In this document: in pieces, positions 22,977 through 36,119 of the stretch
How positions within the stretch are numbered: the stretch's first letter is position 1
Layout of the letters: the number at the start of each line of letters is the position of its first letter
Source of the DNA: Schizochytrium sp. TIO01
Lineage: Eukaryota; Protista; Bigyra: Labyrinthulomycetes
Direction of reading: 5' to 3'
Length of the DNA stretch: 64,000 nucleotides
Assembly: GCA_004764695.1 (NCBI GenBank)
Contig: SMSO01000014.1
Location: 2,909,648 to 2,973,647 of the forward strand
Program-made: the position numbers and the translations under genes
The notes under the pieces: model-generated
Told to the model about the DNA's origin: nothing
What the model saw: only the letters and a program-made list of their open reading frames with translations
The model's database searches: none

Positions 22977-23235
22977 TTTCTTGAGGCGGATACGAAATGC
23001 CCTGCGACGCACTAGCAGCCTGAGCTCGGTGCGACCGAATGCCTCTGCTCAGGCGCAACCACGCAGACGATGCAGTTGCAGTTCTCGACGCCTTTTCTAG
23101 CTGAAGCTAAGTTTTCTCGTCTTCAGAGTTCGGGTTTTGCTGCAAAGCGTTGTGATCTGCCCGGTTGTTCTCCAGAGAATTTATTGCTCTGATTTTAATC
23201 GTTTCGCTCTCATATTCTCTCAATGATCCGATCCT

Positions 23236-23268
23236 TTTCCAATCCCTTTCCAATCCCTTTCCAATCCC
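23236..23268. repeat. 3 x 11-bp direct repeat TTTCCAATCCC (contains CCAAT)
   Basis: tttccaatccc tttccaatccc tttccaatccc, about 260-290 bp upstream of the vWA gene ATG. Confidence 0.85.
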
Positions 23269-24245
23269 TCCCCTCAGAGTTCCTAGAGATCCGAACTTGT
23301 TCCGCACATAACACTTTGGGAATTGGACGGGAGCGCTATGTCCCCTACATGGGGAAATGCTCTTAGTATTTCACATAGAGGTACTCTTATGCTTAGTTTT
23401 ACTATTGCACTATTTACGATTGGAAGACGAGCTTGATAGCAGATGTAAAGGTGCTGAGCGCCGCTCTCAATAAGCGATTCGGACCAGTCTAACTGGCTCG
23501 AGCTAATTATGATTCAGGAAATAAAACACTCGAGGGTTCGCAACTTTATGTACAAGAAAAAAACTGGTACTTCCTGCAAGGCTTGAGAGCGTAAGAATGG
23601 TATCTGCAGATCGTTCACGGATCGTTCAATTTACGCCGTTATTTGCTAGCGCATTTAAAGCTTCTCCTATTCATTAGCACACTGAAAGCATCAGGTGGAC
23701 AGAATGTGCACATGAAGGACCCGAAGGATAATTTCCATTTAAAAAAAAAAAAAACAGTTTCTCTGAATGCATTCCTTATCAGTTTAAGAAGTAGGCCTTG
23801 GGAGGAAATAGATAAATATGAAGTTCATTGCATACAGAAAAGATAGATTGCCATGCCGCGCATCATTGTAAGATTAAAATTTGTACTCACTCAGTAACCC
23901 TGCATGACTGAGCTCCTGACCTCACCAAGCATGGAGCTTTTGCTCATCAAGATAATTTCACCAAAATCGATAGAACAGATGGTACATAAAGAGCATCGCC
24001 ACTTGTGTTCAGTGACCACAACACGTTTTGTTCAATTCTCTGCCATTGTAATATGCGCACCTTCAAGTTCTAATCATACAAAATAATCCTCATGTCAAGA
24101 CTATCGCAGGGGTTAGCCGAAACAGACAACCAATAAAACAAATGTATAAGTTGTATTCAATTAGAGGTGCTGCTACACTTTTAAATTAAAAGAAATATTT
24201 TAACCTTATGTAAGATCTCTTGACAAAGGGGCCCAAGCAACTTGC

Positions 24246-27200
24246 TCATGAACGTGCATCTTCATGGATACCACCTAGTTTAGCATCCTGAAACGCGCCA
24301 TTCTTGAAGGTTTCAAGCATATGCTGCCAGCTATCATAATCATTAGGTAGATACAGCGTTTTGGCACAGGTTGTGGCCTTCGGACGAAGATATGGCCGCA
24401 TTTGAATTGCTTGAGGCTGCTCAACAAGATGGTCAACGCACAAGTTTGGCATTTTGCTGTCTTCTACTTCAGCAGATGAGTTCTCGTCATCAACAGAGGA
24501 AGATGAATTACTTCGTGGTACACGCTCAATACTTTGACCAGCCTTAAATCCACGGCGAGTATCCATGTCCACAGATGAGTCAAAAGTCAAGGTCCACGTT
24601 TCAGGATCCCATTCGGATACCTTTCCACGAACTTTTGCTGTTCGAATGCTATCCCCTGGTTTGAACCAGCTAGCTCGTTTTTCCACAGAGCTAGCAAGAT
24701 TGTCGCTAGAGTGAAAAGAGCTTGCATAACGACCATCCGAGGTGCAAATCAAAGTTAGAGCACGGGGAGAATACCACCATTCTGCAACGCGAATTCTACC
24801 ATCAACATTTGTAACAAATGAAACCTCGCCTGGACGAAGTGGGCCATCACTTGCATCATCGTAGTTACGATAGTCAGATGACAAAGTGACACTATCTCCA
24901 ACCTCAAAGCTCCGGTCACGTTCATTCTGTAGTCGCACAACAACAGCAGGAATGCACTCCATCAATGGAGGATAGACCTTGATTTGTGGAAGACCTGACA
25001 AGGGCACACGAGGCTGGGCGGTAACAAAGCTAAGAAATTGTGCACGCTCATTCATACTCATTTCCTTCAAGCACCGTACAAGCATCTTGATAGCTGGTGA
25101 GTGCTCTGTATAACCCTGCATAGGGACGATGCAACCGAGCAAAGGATCTTCCTCCTTCCAGAGGATTTCTTCTTTTCCACAAAGCATACGACGCAGTTCT
25201 GAGTGAGAAAAGTCAAATATAAGGGCATCACGTCCTGTTGTGCCCAAGACATCTCGAAGGCCTTCGCAGAACGCGTCTGCTTGCTGCGCTACACCGTTCC
25301 CAAGCCACCAAGTGAGTACAAGCTCAAGGAACTCACCAACGTTAGCGCGGGTGACTCGCCGCGTCGAACCACCAGGTAAAAGCTCAGCAGCAACCGCAAT
25401 CTCTGCGCGGCGTTTCTCAATACGCTCCGCACGAGCAAGCCCAATCTGAACACGAGTCTTTTGAGATGCTTTGATGGCTTTCCACCTTTGAAGCTTTGCG
25501 TGGCCCGCATTTGCAAGTGCTGCATCAATATCAGCCTGACTCTTGCCGAGCCTACTTGCATTTTCAGCATAGGCCAGCAATTCATTTGGGGACGAACCCT
25601 TAGAAGGTACAGCAAGGGCCTCAAACTCTGCTGCAAGATTGCGCCCACTTGAAGAGGAATCCCCGTCACTACGAGATGAAGTCTCCTGAGATGTAGACGA
25701 AGAGTAGCCGCCACGAGCGCCGGTCTTCTTTGGCGAGGGGCTGTCCTTCGATGCAAAACCGGCACGCTCAAGAACAGCCAGGCGTTGAGCAGGGTCAACA
25801 AAGTATAATTCAACCACATTTAGAAGTTCGCCAATTGCATCCATATCCCCAGCCTCATAAAGCGTGTACAAACGATGTACAAGCCCCCCAGAACCTTGGG
25901 TAGACAAATCGCCTGCACTGCTATCATCACCTAAGCCCGATCCACCTTCAAGTAAAGAGATTGCAGACACAGGCAAAAGTGCATCTTGCATGCCACGTTG
26001 TCTTTGTTGGATGAGCATAAAGAACTCTGGTGAAAGAGGCAAAGGCACATTCATACCATCCAATAAAGCCTTAGCCATAATACGGCCCAGGAAGCGGAAT
26101 CGGCGTAAGACACGAGCATTCTGCGTCTGAGCACTTCGCAAAACCTCCTCAGCAGAGTCTCGATTAGATTCAATGTCTTCGTCAAATTTAATTGTAGCCT
26201 CGTCTTCCTTTCCTTCACTCAATACAACCTTGGCAGCAAGGCCTAGGGCCAAGCTACCCTTGCGATCGTCATCTCCGTCAGAAGCAGGAGATGCATCAAC
26301 AATTCCAACAGCACCAGCAGCACCACTTTGATCTTGTGTGACCCCCTTGCGGGCTCTCGCGCTAGAATTGGTCATAACAGACAAAGGTCTTAGAGACCGC
26401 GGAGTCCCGCCATGGCCGTCCACAGAACCCATGGGCAACAAAGGCTGTGGAAAAAGCCCAGCAGGAGCGAGCAAATGCAATTCCGCAGCATCTTCATCCT
26501 CGGCTTCATCACCAGTGTCATCTTCACCATCTGTATTTCCATTGTCACTGATATCCTGATTGGCTTGACCTGTCTTATTAGAGGCACCACTGGAGGTAGA
26601 AGCAACAGGCTTATCAGATCCAGCAGGGTTTGCCCATAATGGGATCTGTTGGTTTTCATCAACAAGCTGAAGACGTTCTGAGACACTTGAGTAGAAATCG
26701 ACAGTGACACCCTCTCCGGCGCCTGTCTCGTCAAGGAACTGCACTACAAGCTCTGACCGCTGATGCATGTGTTGCTTCATGAGCAATTCAGCATCGCGTA
26801 AAAGTTCTGCGCGGTTTACCTTTACGAGATCTTGGTGCAATTGACCAATGCAGTGTTCTTGTTCAATTGCACGAATCTCGTCCTCAAGGCGGTCACTAAG
26901 TTCCTGAAGTTGCTCAAAGCGGACCATGTCAGGAACACCCTTGAACATGGCCGACATTTCTAAGGTCACATGCGCAAGTTGCTTCTTTTTGGCATTGTAA
27001 CCAGTAATCTCATCTTGCAACCAAGCTACAGCACGCGACACACCCAGTGCGGTGGTACGAAAATGCAATTCTCGAACCTTCCGGCGAAACAGGAACGAGA
27101 ATTCGCGTGGCATGAGTGCGACCCAGCGGGGGAAGCAGCGAGTAGCAATTGCAAGAGGATCAGAAAGCTGATCAAGCAAAAGGTCAGAAAGTGGATCACT

Positions 27201-30200
27201 GCGCCACGGTAATGACTTTCCAAAAGCAGCAGCAAGAGGATCAGCTCCCTCGTCAAAAGGTACCAGATGAGAATAAAGAAGATGCAAAAGCATCAGCGTA
27301 TCGCGCAAACCTGAGATGCTTGCATCAATACCACACTCCTCCAACAACGTAACGACCTCTTCCATACCTTCGTCATTGTCATCATTGTCATCCGTAATGG
27401 TAAGGTCAGCCAAGCTCGCGAATGTGGCGTTCGGCATGCTACTGCCTCTGATCATATCGGTGACACGGGCTGCGACAGGTACTTGGCGTCCCTCAGGGGA
27501 ACTACCGGTGGACATTCTTCCTTGAGAGCCACCGAGGACACGCATGGCAAGAAGATCGCGCCGCATGAGGGTAGGCGAGCGAATGGGAGACACAGCGGGA
27601 CTCATTGGTGTATCGTCATCAGAAAGTAAAGGACGCTGGCAAAGCTGGGAGTATGCTGCGCATATGGCAGCCCAGTTCACCATGCGCTCATTGCGTTTGT
27701 CAGACGAAGATGAATCAGGCTCCCGGGCGCCCTCCATGTAGCGCACGATGTCGGTGAGCTTATTGCGCATAGCCCAATCGCGCAAGTCTGGAACGATGGG
27801 GCGGAGAGCAGCAACAAAAACACCTAAAGTGAGTTCCTTGTTGCTTGCCACGTCAAAGGCAAGAGCGCGAGGGGTACCCCACGGGAGACGCTGCAGCAGT
27901 CGCTGCTGCGTGAATTCATAGTCGGGATCACCAGGAAACAGACAGCGCACGCGCCAGTCAAGGTAGTACTCTTGGTCCCAGTGGACCCAATCCCATTCTT
28001 CTGCTGAGTGCAGGTTCTGGAGCTCGAAGAGTGCTTGGAACATTGAAATCTCCATATTTTGTTTCGCTAGAATTGGAACTTGAACATTTGTGTTTTGATC
28101 ATCATTGCCACGACTGAAAGTGACAAGAGGAAGAGAATCCTTTCCGCTGTCAGACTTTCCCTCCTCCGCATTATCTCCACCACGGGCCAGTTTAGGACGC
28201 TTGCGTAAGAGAAAATCAACAGTGATTCGAGGTGCCCCTAAAAACAAATCCTCATCTTCATAGCCGTCAGCATCGCCATCAAAGGCTGAGTCAGCATCAT
28301 CATCATCAAAGGTCTGGATGCCTAACGCTTCATCGTCCGCATCATCTGCGTCTTGCGAGAATTGAATGCGTTTGTAAGATGTACTATGACCAAATGCGGT
28401 GAATTGACGGCTTAGATGAACAGGTTCCTGCGGGTCAGCTCGTGATTTACTAGCCAATGAAACCGGACCAAGGTCATCATCGTCAGTTGGTGAAGCACCA
28501 ACGTCCTGGCGCTCTTTGCTCTTGAATGGGAAAACACGCGAAGTACGTTGTGCAACGCGTGCGCGTGTGTCTGGTACGTCCCATACCATACGGCCATCGT
28601 CAAGAACACAAGTCAACAGAAGCTTTGGCTTGGAATCGTCTGAGTCCTCCTGACCTGTTCCTTGACTTTCCTTTTCATCGACCTGATCATCACCATCCTT
28701 AATGCTATTGGCTTCATCGAATTGACTGCTAGCAGGCTCGCTTATGGCAGGGCGATGGGCGACAATTGTTGCACTTATCCAACGGCCTGGCTCTACATGT
28801 CTTGCTGCCACAACTTCTGCTGGGCCTTCCTCTTCGCGACGCGTGTCGGGGTCTAAGAAGTCGACTGGCAAAAGAGAAACCTGTGCACGGTGACCAGGGC
28901 GCGGTGGAGTATCGTTGCGACGCGCTGGACGCCCATGTTGACGATTGCGAAGGTGCTCAAATGATGAGACAATGTCACGCTCAACAACAGCAGGAATTGG
29001 AGCATCTGGCAGGAGGTCAATCCGTGACGTCACAACACGGTCCTTCTTGTCACTTGAAGTGCCCGCAGCGGAGGGCGAAGCGCTTCGAACACGGCTGAGG
29101 TGCCCGCACGCTTGCACTCGATCGTATAAAATTTCTGCTTGACGACGAGTCTGGAACTGGGCAAATACACCCTGTCCTCCATCCTCAAGAGATTGCGAGA
29201 ATTTACTGTAGAAGTCAGGCTGGTGTTCAAAGCCACGGGTCACAAAGTTATACTCGGTCTGAAGCACCGCATCTTCACGTCGGAGGGCATCAAATAAGGC
29301 ACGGCCTGCAGCATTAGGGAAAACCTTGCGAAAATCAAAACTAACAACTTTGCCTGGGCCTTGTCCAATGTGGCAGACAAGATTAGGCTTGACTCCGCGT
29401 TCTGAATCGCCATCATCGTATGCAATATCGTATGTGCCATCAGCATTTACTCGTGCAATACGGCCCTTGTAATAACGACTCTTGCCAGCGTAACGTCCCT
29501 CGATGCGGTCGTTGAGCTTAAACTTATGCACTGCCCCTCCGCTGCTCGAATCTTGTTCAAAATGTTGAGGGTCAGCCCTTGCACGTGCAACGATACTGTT
29601 CGGGCTTGGAACAAGGTATACAGAGAACACATGGCGCTCCTCATACGAAGCAACGTTGTTAACGCTGCAGAGCCTACGTTGAGGAATACGCAATTCTATT
29701 TCTTCAATACTATCATCGCCCTGCTCGGTATCGAAGTCGCCTTCATCGGCCAAGACCTTGATCAGTGCTTTAATGTTATAAGTATAGTTGCCAAGACCAT
29801 CGACCTTGACATCACTACCTTCAACTGTCACAACTCGACCAATGTCCCCGCGGTAGTCAGGCATATCTCTTGCGAAGCCTCCGTGACCAGGTGCCAAGCG
29901 CTCTAATTCAGCAATATCATCAATGAGTTTTACACGGTCACCGACACGGATGACCTTGTCCTCCAGAAGATGATTCTCAAGGTATTTCACGTCATAATCA
30001 AAGGCATTTTCTGGTGTGATTCCCTCAGAACGATTGATAGGAGCAGGGTAAACTGTCTCGACCTGTGCCCGCCTCCAGCCAGGTCTTAATGAGTCACTTC
30101 CGCACCACCACACCGCAACAGTATCACCTTCGTGAAACTGTGCTCCACGAATGGCAGAGGTTGAGCTGGTAGAATCAACGCGGGAGCGACCTGCATCCTG

Positions 30201-33200
30201 ATTCCGTACAGCCTCGTCCAAACTACTGAGAACAGGCTTCAACGCAGCATCACCCTGATGGGGAGAGTCAAATACACGCTCAAGGATCTGGTATTCGCGT
30301 AATGCGAGAATAAACCAGCGCTTGTTGGACTTCTTATTCAAGGTTCTAGCTGACATATCTTGCAAAAGGTGAGCGCCAGTAATTGGGTCATAGCGAAGAA
30401 CAAGCGCTACCTTGAAGTCCTCTCCCCCAAGTGTAGGTCCAGGAGCACCGGGATTGAAGCCAGGAGAGCGTGGCGACACACCGGCACCGAAGTAACCTGG
30501 CGACATCATTGGACTTCTCCGAGCACTGGCAGGTGTCGCCAAAGCATGATGAGATGTAGATTCTTGGCCTGCCGTTGTCCCAATATGAGCAGAGCTTTTG
30601 CGGTGCAAGACCTTGCGGCCAACGAGCCGAGTGCAAAATGCAACATATCGCGGTTCAACGATACGAACACCACGTAAAACTTGCCGTTGAAGCTCTTGTA
30701 ATGGGGTAAGTGGAAGAACTTGGACCACGAGTTCATGGGCGTCTGGATAGACAGCACTTGCATTATCAAGGTCTGGATGACGTCGCAGGTGGATTTTGAT
30801 CGGGTTTACTAAAGCCCTGACACCGCCTGACGATGCAGTCGCATCATGAGCAAGTACCGGGAAGTTGTGCGTTGCGTGTACTGAAAGTACAGTCTGTAGC
30901 TTTAAAATAAGGCGGAACAAGGCTGAAGCAGCAAAAGCACTAGCATCTACTTTGTTTTTCACGCCTGGCGGGTCAATTGATTCCAGAGTTGTAGTTGCCA
31001 AGTTCTGCACAGACTCTAAAGTCATGGAAGCCTGACGGCCGAGGTTTGAGAGACTGCGTTCCCGAGTATGCACGTCTTCTTCATGTCTTCCATCGTCGGA
31101 ACGTTCATCGTCACGACGCTTATCGTCATCGTCACCACTCACAACTTCACCGTCACCATGAATGCCTTCACCAGATGTGTTAGTAGAAGCTTGTGCATTC
31201 TTCGGGGTTCCGGTTTCGTCTACCCGATCGTCCTCTTCATCAACATCCTTGCTAACAACGGGAGGAGGCATGGCTGCCAAAAGGGCATGCATCCGAGCTT
31301 GTCGAACCTCTGCAGCGGTGCTCTCCCCCTCTTCGGATTCGGAAATATCCCTCGCAAGGAGGAAATGAAGGAGAGCACTTGGTAAGCCTGATTGCTCAAA
31401 TTCAAACGGTGTAATACCTTCTTCTCCATACATGCGGAGAAGTGGGGACTCACTCGCGTCTAACGAACCAGGTAGGGACAGAGGCTGTTCTACCTCATCT
31501 TCCTCGGTAGTATGTTCATCCTCCGCTTCATCATCATCAGAGAGGTCAGCATCAAGATCGAAGTCGTCAAGATCTTCATCTTCATCATCATCGTCACCCC
31601 CGTAATTGGTTTCTTGAGTGGAGTGGTCGAATCCAAAAAGGCCGCGGGTCATCACACGTCGACGGCGGCGTCTCTTCTTACTGGCTGGCCTTGAACGACT
31701 CTGGCCCATCATCCAGACCAGATGTTCAAGTACCGACTCGTCACCCTCTCGAAGACGCCTGCAAAGGTCTAACAAAGCTGCACTCTTGCCAAGTAGAGTT
31801 TCCTCTGTAAGGCCAAGGCCGTCAACAATGCAGGTGGAGATATGGGTGACAACTTTTCTTGCTGCTTGCTCTAGCTCTGGGTTTCCGGGCGACCTTAAAT
31901 CACGAAGCCGACTAGCAATTCCATAACGGCAAAGGCTAAGGCACAGTTGAGCGTGAATTCCTAAATATTTTTCTTGTGACTCAACAAGATCACCAGGATT
32001 TTCGTCTTGTGTACGCTCCAGTAAGGCCTCTGTCATGTCTACAATTAGAATGAGGCTTGTGGAATCATCATTCTCAGGTGTAAACATAGACTGGAGCAAC
32101 TGTAACAATCGATCATACTCTAGTTTATCAAGAATAGTCACAGCATCCGAGTGTGGAGATGGACGGAATCGTTTCACCATCATACCAAGCACTTCCATAG
32201 AGCGGTGCATAGTCGACGAGTGTTTGGTTAGAGCAACAGCACGCAACAACGCGCGGAAGAATCTCCGTGCGTCTTTTTCCACCAGCGTTCGATGGACTCT
32301 TCTGAAATTCTATTTTCTGCTTCGGCACGCTCCTGCAAGCGCTCCGAGACGCGTGTTCCGGCTCGTTCTGCAGTAATTAGCTCACGTGCAGCATGAGTCA
32401 TGGAGTCGAGCTTATCGAGGACATCTTCATCAACACAGGCCCCTGAATCGAGCAGAATTTCGACAGCTTGACGGCTCCACCGTTCACGGGCTTCAATAAA
32501 ATCTGGGTCTCGCTCAAATTGGGTGTCTTCTTCTGACCTCACAATGAACTCACCGCTGGCATCCCGGCCAAGACGAAAGGGTCGGCGGTCAGGACGCTGA
32601 GGTTGGCGCAGAATTGAAGGGAGGCTTCCCGAAGCGGAGTCCTCGCTATCGCGACGGGATGTACTATCACCAGTAGATTCGTGGTCTGTTGTAGTAGCGC
32701 GTTGGCGTTTCCATAGCTTTCCAAAGCCGCTTCCACGAGCTGCAATAAGCAAAGGGGACGGGAGCGAGCCCAATCGATCGGGGTCGGGATTAACATTTGC
32801 GCGGCATCCGTTCACTGGATCCACCAAAACCTCGAGCATCTCAATCGAGCATCCCTGGTGTAGTGCACATGCCAGCATCTCTGCTTCCGTTTTACGATCG
32901 CGCCATGACGGATCAAAGTTCTCCATATCCCATAATTGGCGCAAACCTTCGACCTCGTTTTCAGGAACAATTCTTTCGAGAAAGATCTCGGTAAAACTGT
33001 TCCTTGCAAGTCGACGCGAACCGGAACGGCGAGCGGGAATAAACCACCATCCGCAATGCGCTACACAAGCAGAATGGCCATCACAGACGATCCGCATAAT
33101 ACATTCCAATAATTGCAAAAGACGCACCGCGAAACCATCTTCGCCAGCACAAATAGCCATTGGTAGACCCGCAGCGATAACTTTGCAAATGCCAAGTTCT

Positions 33201-34135
33201 AGATACATTTCCACAAGCGCAGGGCTGCGTAAGCATGTGGCGCCAACTTCAGGAGCCTTGTCCCAGATACCTGTCCGCAAAGCTTGAATATGCGCCTGCG
33301 CTCGCTGGGAATCGTCCATAATCTTGTTTGAGCCCAAAGGGCCATTACTATAGTAGCCCTGGACCCCACTACCAAGCATGGCACTAATATCAGCTCCGGT
33401 CATGCTAAGAAGCGCAGAGTCCATGTCACCCATGTTGCGTGCACCAGCCATTCTATAAACCCAGCTGCTGCGCTCTGACTCGGAACTATTTGGGCTCCGT
33501 TCATCAGCAGCTGCAGGGGCACCAGTAGCGCCTGCAACACTGGCTTGAAATGTGGGCAAAAGATTAGTTCCCAAACCTCGAGTGCGAGTTCTCTGGTTGC
33601 GACCGCGCGCAGCTCTTAAAGGAGCTTCGAGCATTTCTAAAGGCGTTCCGGAGAGAAAGAGGTTAACAGCCTGCTCCAGTTGATTTCCAGCTGCAATTAA
33701 GAAGCGACGGGCTCGGTCGCGATCAGTGGATCCAGTGAATTCAAGAAACGTGTTCACAGCTTCGTTGTCAGGGCCTGCGGCTTCCCCACTTGCTGAAGTG
33801 CCACGTGATTGCTGATGATTTCCACCACCATCGTGACGGGAAGCATTAGGTGCGCGTGGTGGGTCAAGTTGGGCAGTGAGGGCTTCTAGCTGTGACTGCA
33901 AGGATGCCACAAGATTAAATCCATCACCACCAAAATGTGCTTCTCCCACCGAGCCTGAAGAATCATGTAATACGCTGAGGTGCGAGTGAAGGCTCGCTTC
34001 AAAAGATTGATCGAGAGCAGAGGTGCTCGCGTCGCTTGTGGAACTGCTGGTTTCGTGAAGATTTGAGGAATTGTCATTAGTTTGATCCTCGTTATCATCT
34101 CCGCCAGTGTGCTGATGGTGCTCCTGGGAAGACAT
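24246..34135 (-). CDS. Giant HECT E3 ubiquitin ligase of the UFD4/TRIP12/UPL3/HECTD1 group (~3,300 aa) with UBA-like, ankyrin-like, Mind-bomb SH3-like and Tudor-like modules; split by one -1 frameshift at 32228-32309
   Basis: First ATG at 34135 (MSSQEHH; the track start 34186 is GTG). UBA-like AVNTFLEFTGSTDRDRARRFLIAAGNQLEQAVNLF. UPL3/TRIP12-like blocks EGITPFEFEQSGLPSALLHFL, LILKLQTVLS...FPV, DQLSDPLAIATRCFPRW...FSFLF and IGQLHQDLVKVNR...LVVQFLDETGAGEGVTVDFY. HECT motifs FRFLGRIMAKALLD, QFLSFVTAQPRVP and catalytic KATTCAKTLYLP (Cys codon at 24366-24368). Confidence 0.88.
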
Positions 34136-35115
34136 GATCGTACTTTTGCTCGAGTCACGAGGGTTTGCTCTCTTCAGGTGCGCCACTGAGATTTTAAATC
34201 AAACTCTGAGCAATCTTTGATCAGAAATCTTGTTAACAGTCTTTGATGTGCACCGGAGGAATCTCCAAACTTGCCTGTTGACACAGCTTCTAAAACACTC
34301 GGGTTTACAAGGCTCGTCTTCGGCCAATCTCCCCAAAGTAAATGCTTCGCCACTGCCCGAGATGATCTATTTCCGATCCAAGAACCAGGTCTTAAATCTT
34401 CACTTGCCGGCAACTCTTCTTAGAAACACAGCTCTGCGGACGAGCTTCTCTGCAAGCAGCGATCCAAGCTGATCAAAAGACAGCAGCCTGAAGAAATAGT
34501 AAGCGATCGGTTAGAACAAGCAGGAAGAAACCTCGAATCCTTCCTCAAATTGATTGTGCAATTGCTCTAAAGATAGATAGAGAGTGAGAGAATATTACGG
34601 ATCAAAATGATTTTGCTCTCGCTCCTTTGCGCTCCTGTTGAGGCGCACGCACTTGTCTCCGCCGAGAGAGCGAGGGCCCGAGGATAACCCCAGCTAGAAG
34701 GACGCGGCGCCAGTTGAAGGATCTGCGCCAAAGACGCAGAAGAAGACGTCAAACAAACAAACAACGAAGAAACCAACAAGAAATCAAAACAAACAAACAA
34801 ACAACGAATGAATGAACGAATGAATGAACAAAAGAAAGAAAGAAAGAAGAAAGAACGCAAACCCGAAGATCCGCGCGATCCCGAGCCTCCTCCTTGCTGC
34901 CGTCGCCTTACCTAAGGCACCAGCAAGGACCGCTTCACCCGGGGATCAGCCTTCCAGACCGCCTGTGCTCCCCGCAGGCTCGCGAGGCGACCAGACAGTG
35001 GGCGACCGATCGGCCGATCGATCGAATCGTGAACTACACGAGCATCTTCGAAGAAAGACTTCGCTTCGATTGCCCCTCCTTCCCAGTAGCATACCCTCTC
35101 CTATCAAGTCCAGGG

Positions 35116-35135
35116 TCAGGTTAGGTTAGGTTAGG
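35116..35135 (+). repeat. Short interstitial (TTAGG)3 run
   Basis: tcagg ttagg ttagg ttagg in the HECT/USP divergent spacer; (TTAGG)2 also at 44729-44738. Confidence 0.6.
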
Positions 35136-36119
35136 TTTAATCAGAACGTCTGGAACCTATCCGTAAACTTCGTCGAACTGTGATCATTCTCTCAAGTTCT
35201 TAGGTTGCTGCCTCATTAGGTGCAGTGAGTTATGGTTTGGCTTCTTTAGCGGGTGCTTTGCGCCTTCTTCTGCTCCTTGGCGAAGATTTTGCTCGGCCTC
35301 GCGAAGGCCGCTGGGTCCTTTTCTTGGCCACAACGACGACGGCGGCGACGGTCCACGAGGACTCGTGAAACTTCGCTGCCTTTGGAGGCGAGATCTTTGA
35401 TTCTTGGGAAAGGGAGTTAGGAGTCAGTTATCGAACAGCTAACAGTCGGTCTCTTAGAAAGTTTGTTACCTTCAGAAGATATTGATTGATTGATATTGCG
35501 AAAGCCTCGAACCGAATGAAGTTTTGATGATGAGTAGTAAGGCTGCTGAGGACAGAACATCTGATACTGATACGCGAACATGCGAAGGCCTGAGCAGAAC
35601 TGCCGAGTGCTCTTGGGTCTGGGTAATTTGGATGATTGTAGTAGATGCTCGTGACTTTGGAGAGCTGCTATTTGCTAAATTATTATCATGTTGGGTATAA
35701 GAAGAAATGAATGAATGCATAAGGATACTACAAGCAAGAATAAGCAAGAAGAGAATGCAACTCGAGCAGATCAGGATTGCTTCCCTATCACTCAATCTGC
35801 GTGAGTGGACGTGGTCGCTGTAGGACTTCTTTGTCCTTGCAGCGGGGCTGGACCAGGGGTCCCGTTCCTCGCGACTGGTTATATAGAAGTTTTTCAAGTC
35901 AGCAAGATCAGGCATTACTGAGTTGAGCTCTGAAGAAAAAAACTCAGGACAACTAGCTTGAGGTTCGCACTCTACGTGCCTTGTTGTGTTTGGTATTTTG
36001 GACGGTTTAGTGGCCTTGGTGCATTCAAGCTGCCTGCCAGGAAACCCCTGTATTGAACGATTGGAGTGCTGAGTAGTTTGCCTGCTTGCAAATTTGCAAA
36101 ACCAGGTAGGTAATAAAGA

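Noticed and set aside
22977-23307. Extended N-terminus or extra upstream ORF for the vWA gene
   Set aside because: Track starts are non-ATG and an in-frame TGA lies shortly upstream; the first ATG is at 22976.
35116-35135. (TTAGG)3 as a telomere or fusion scar
   Set aside because: Too short and internal; compatible with an ordinary microsatellite.
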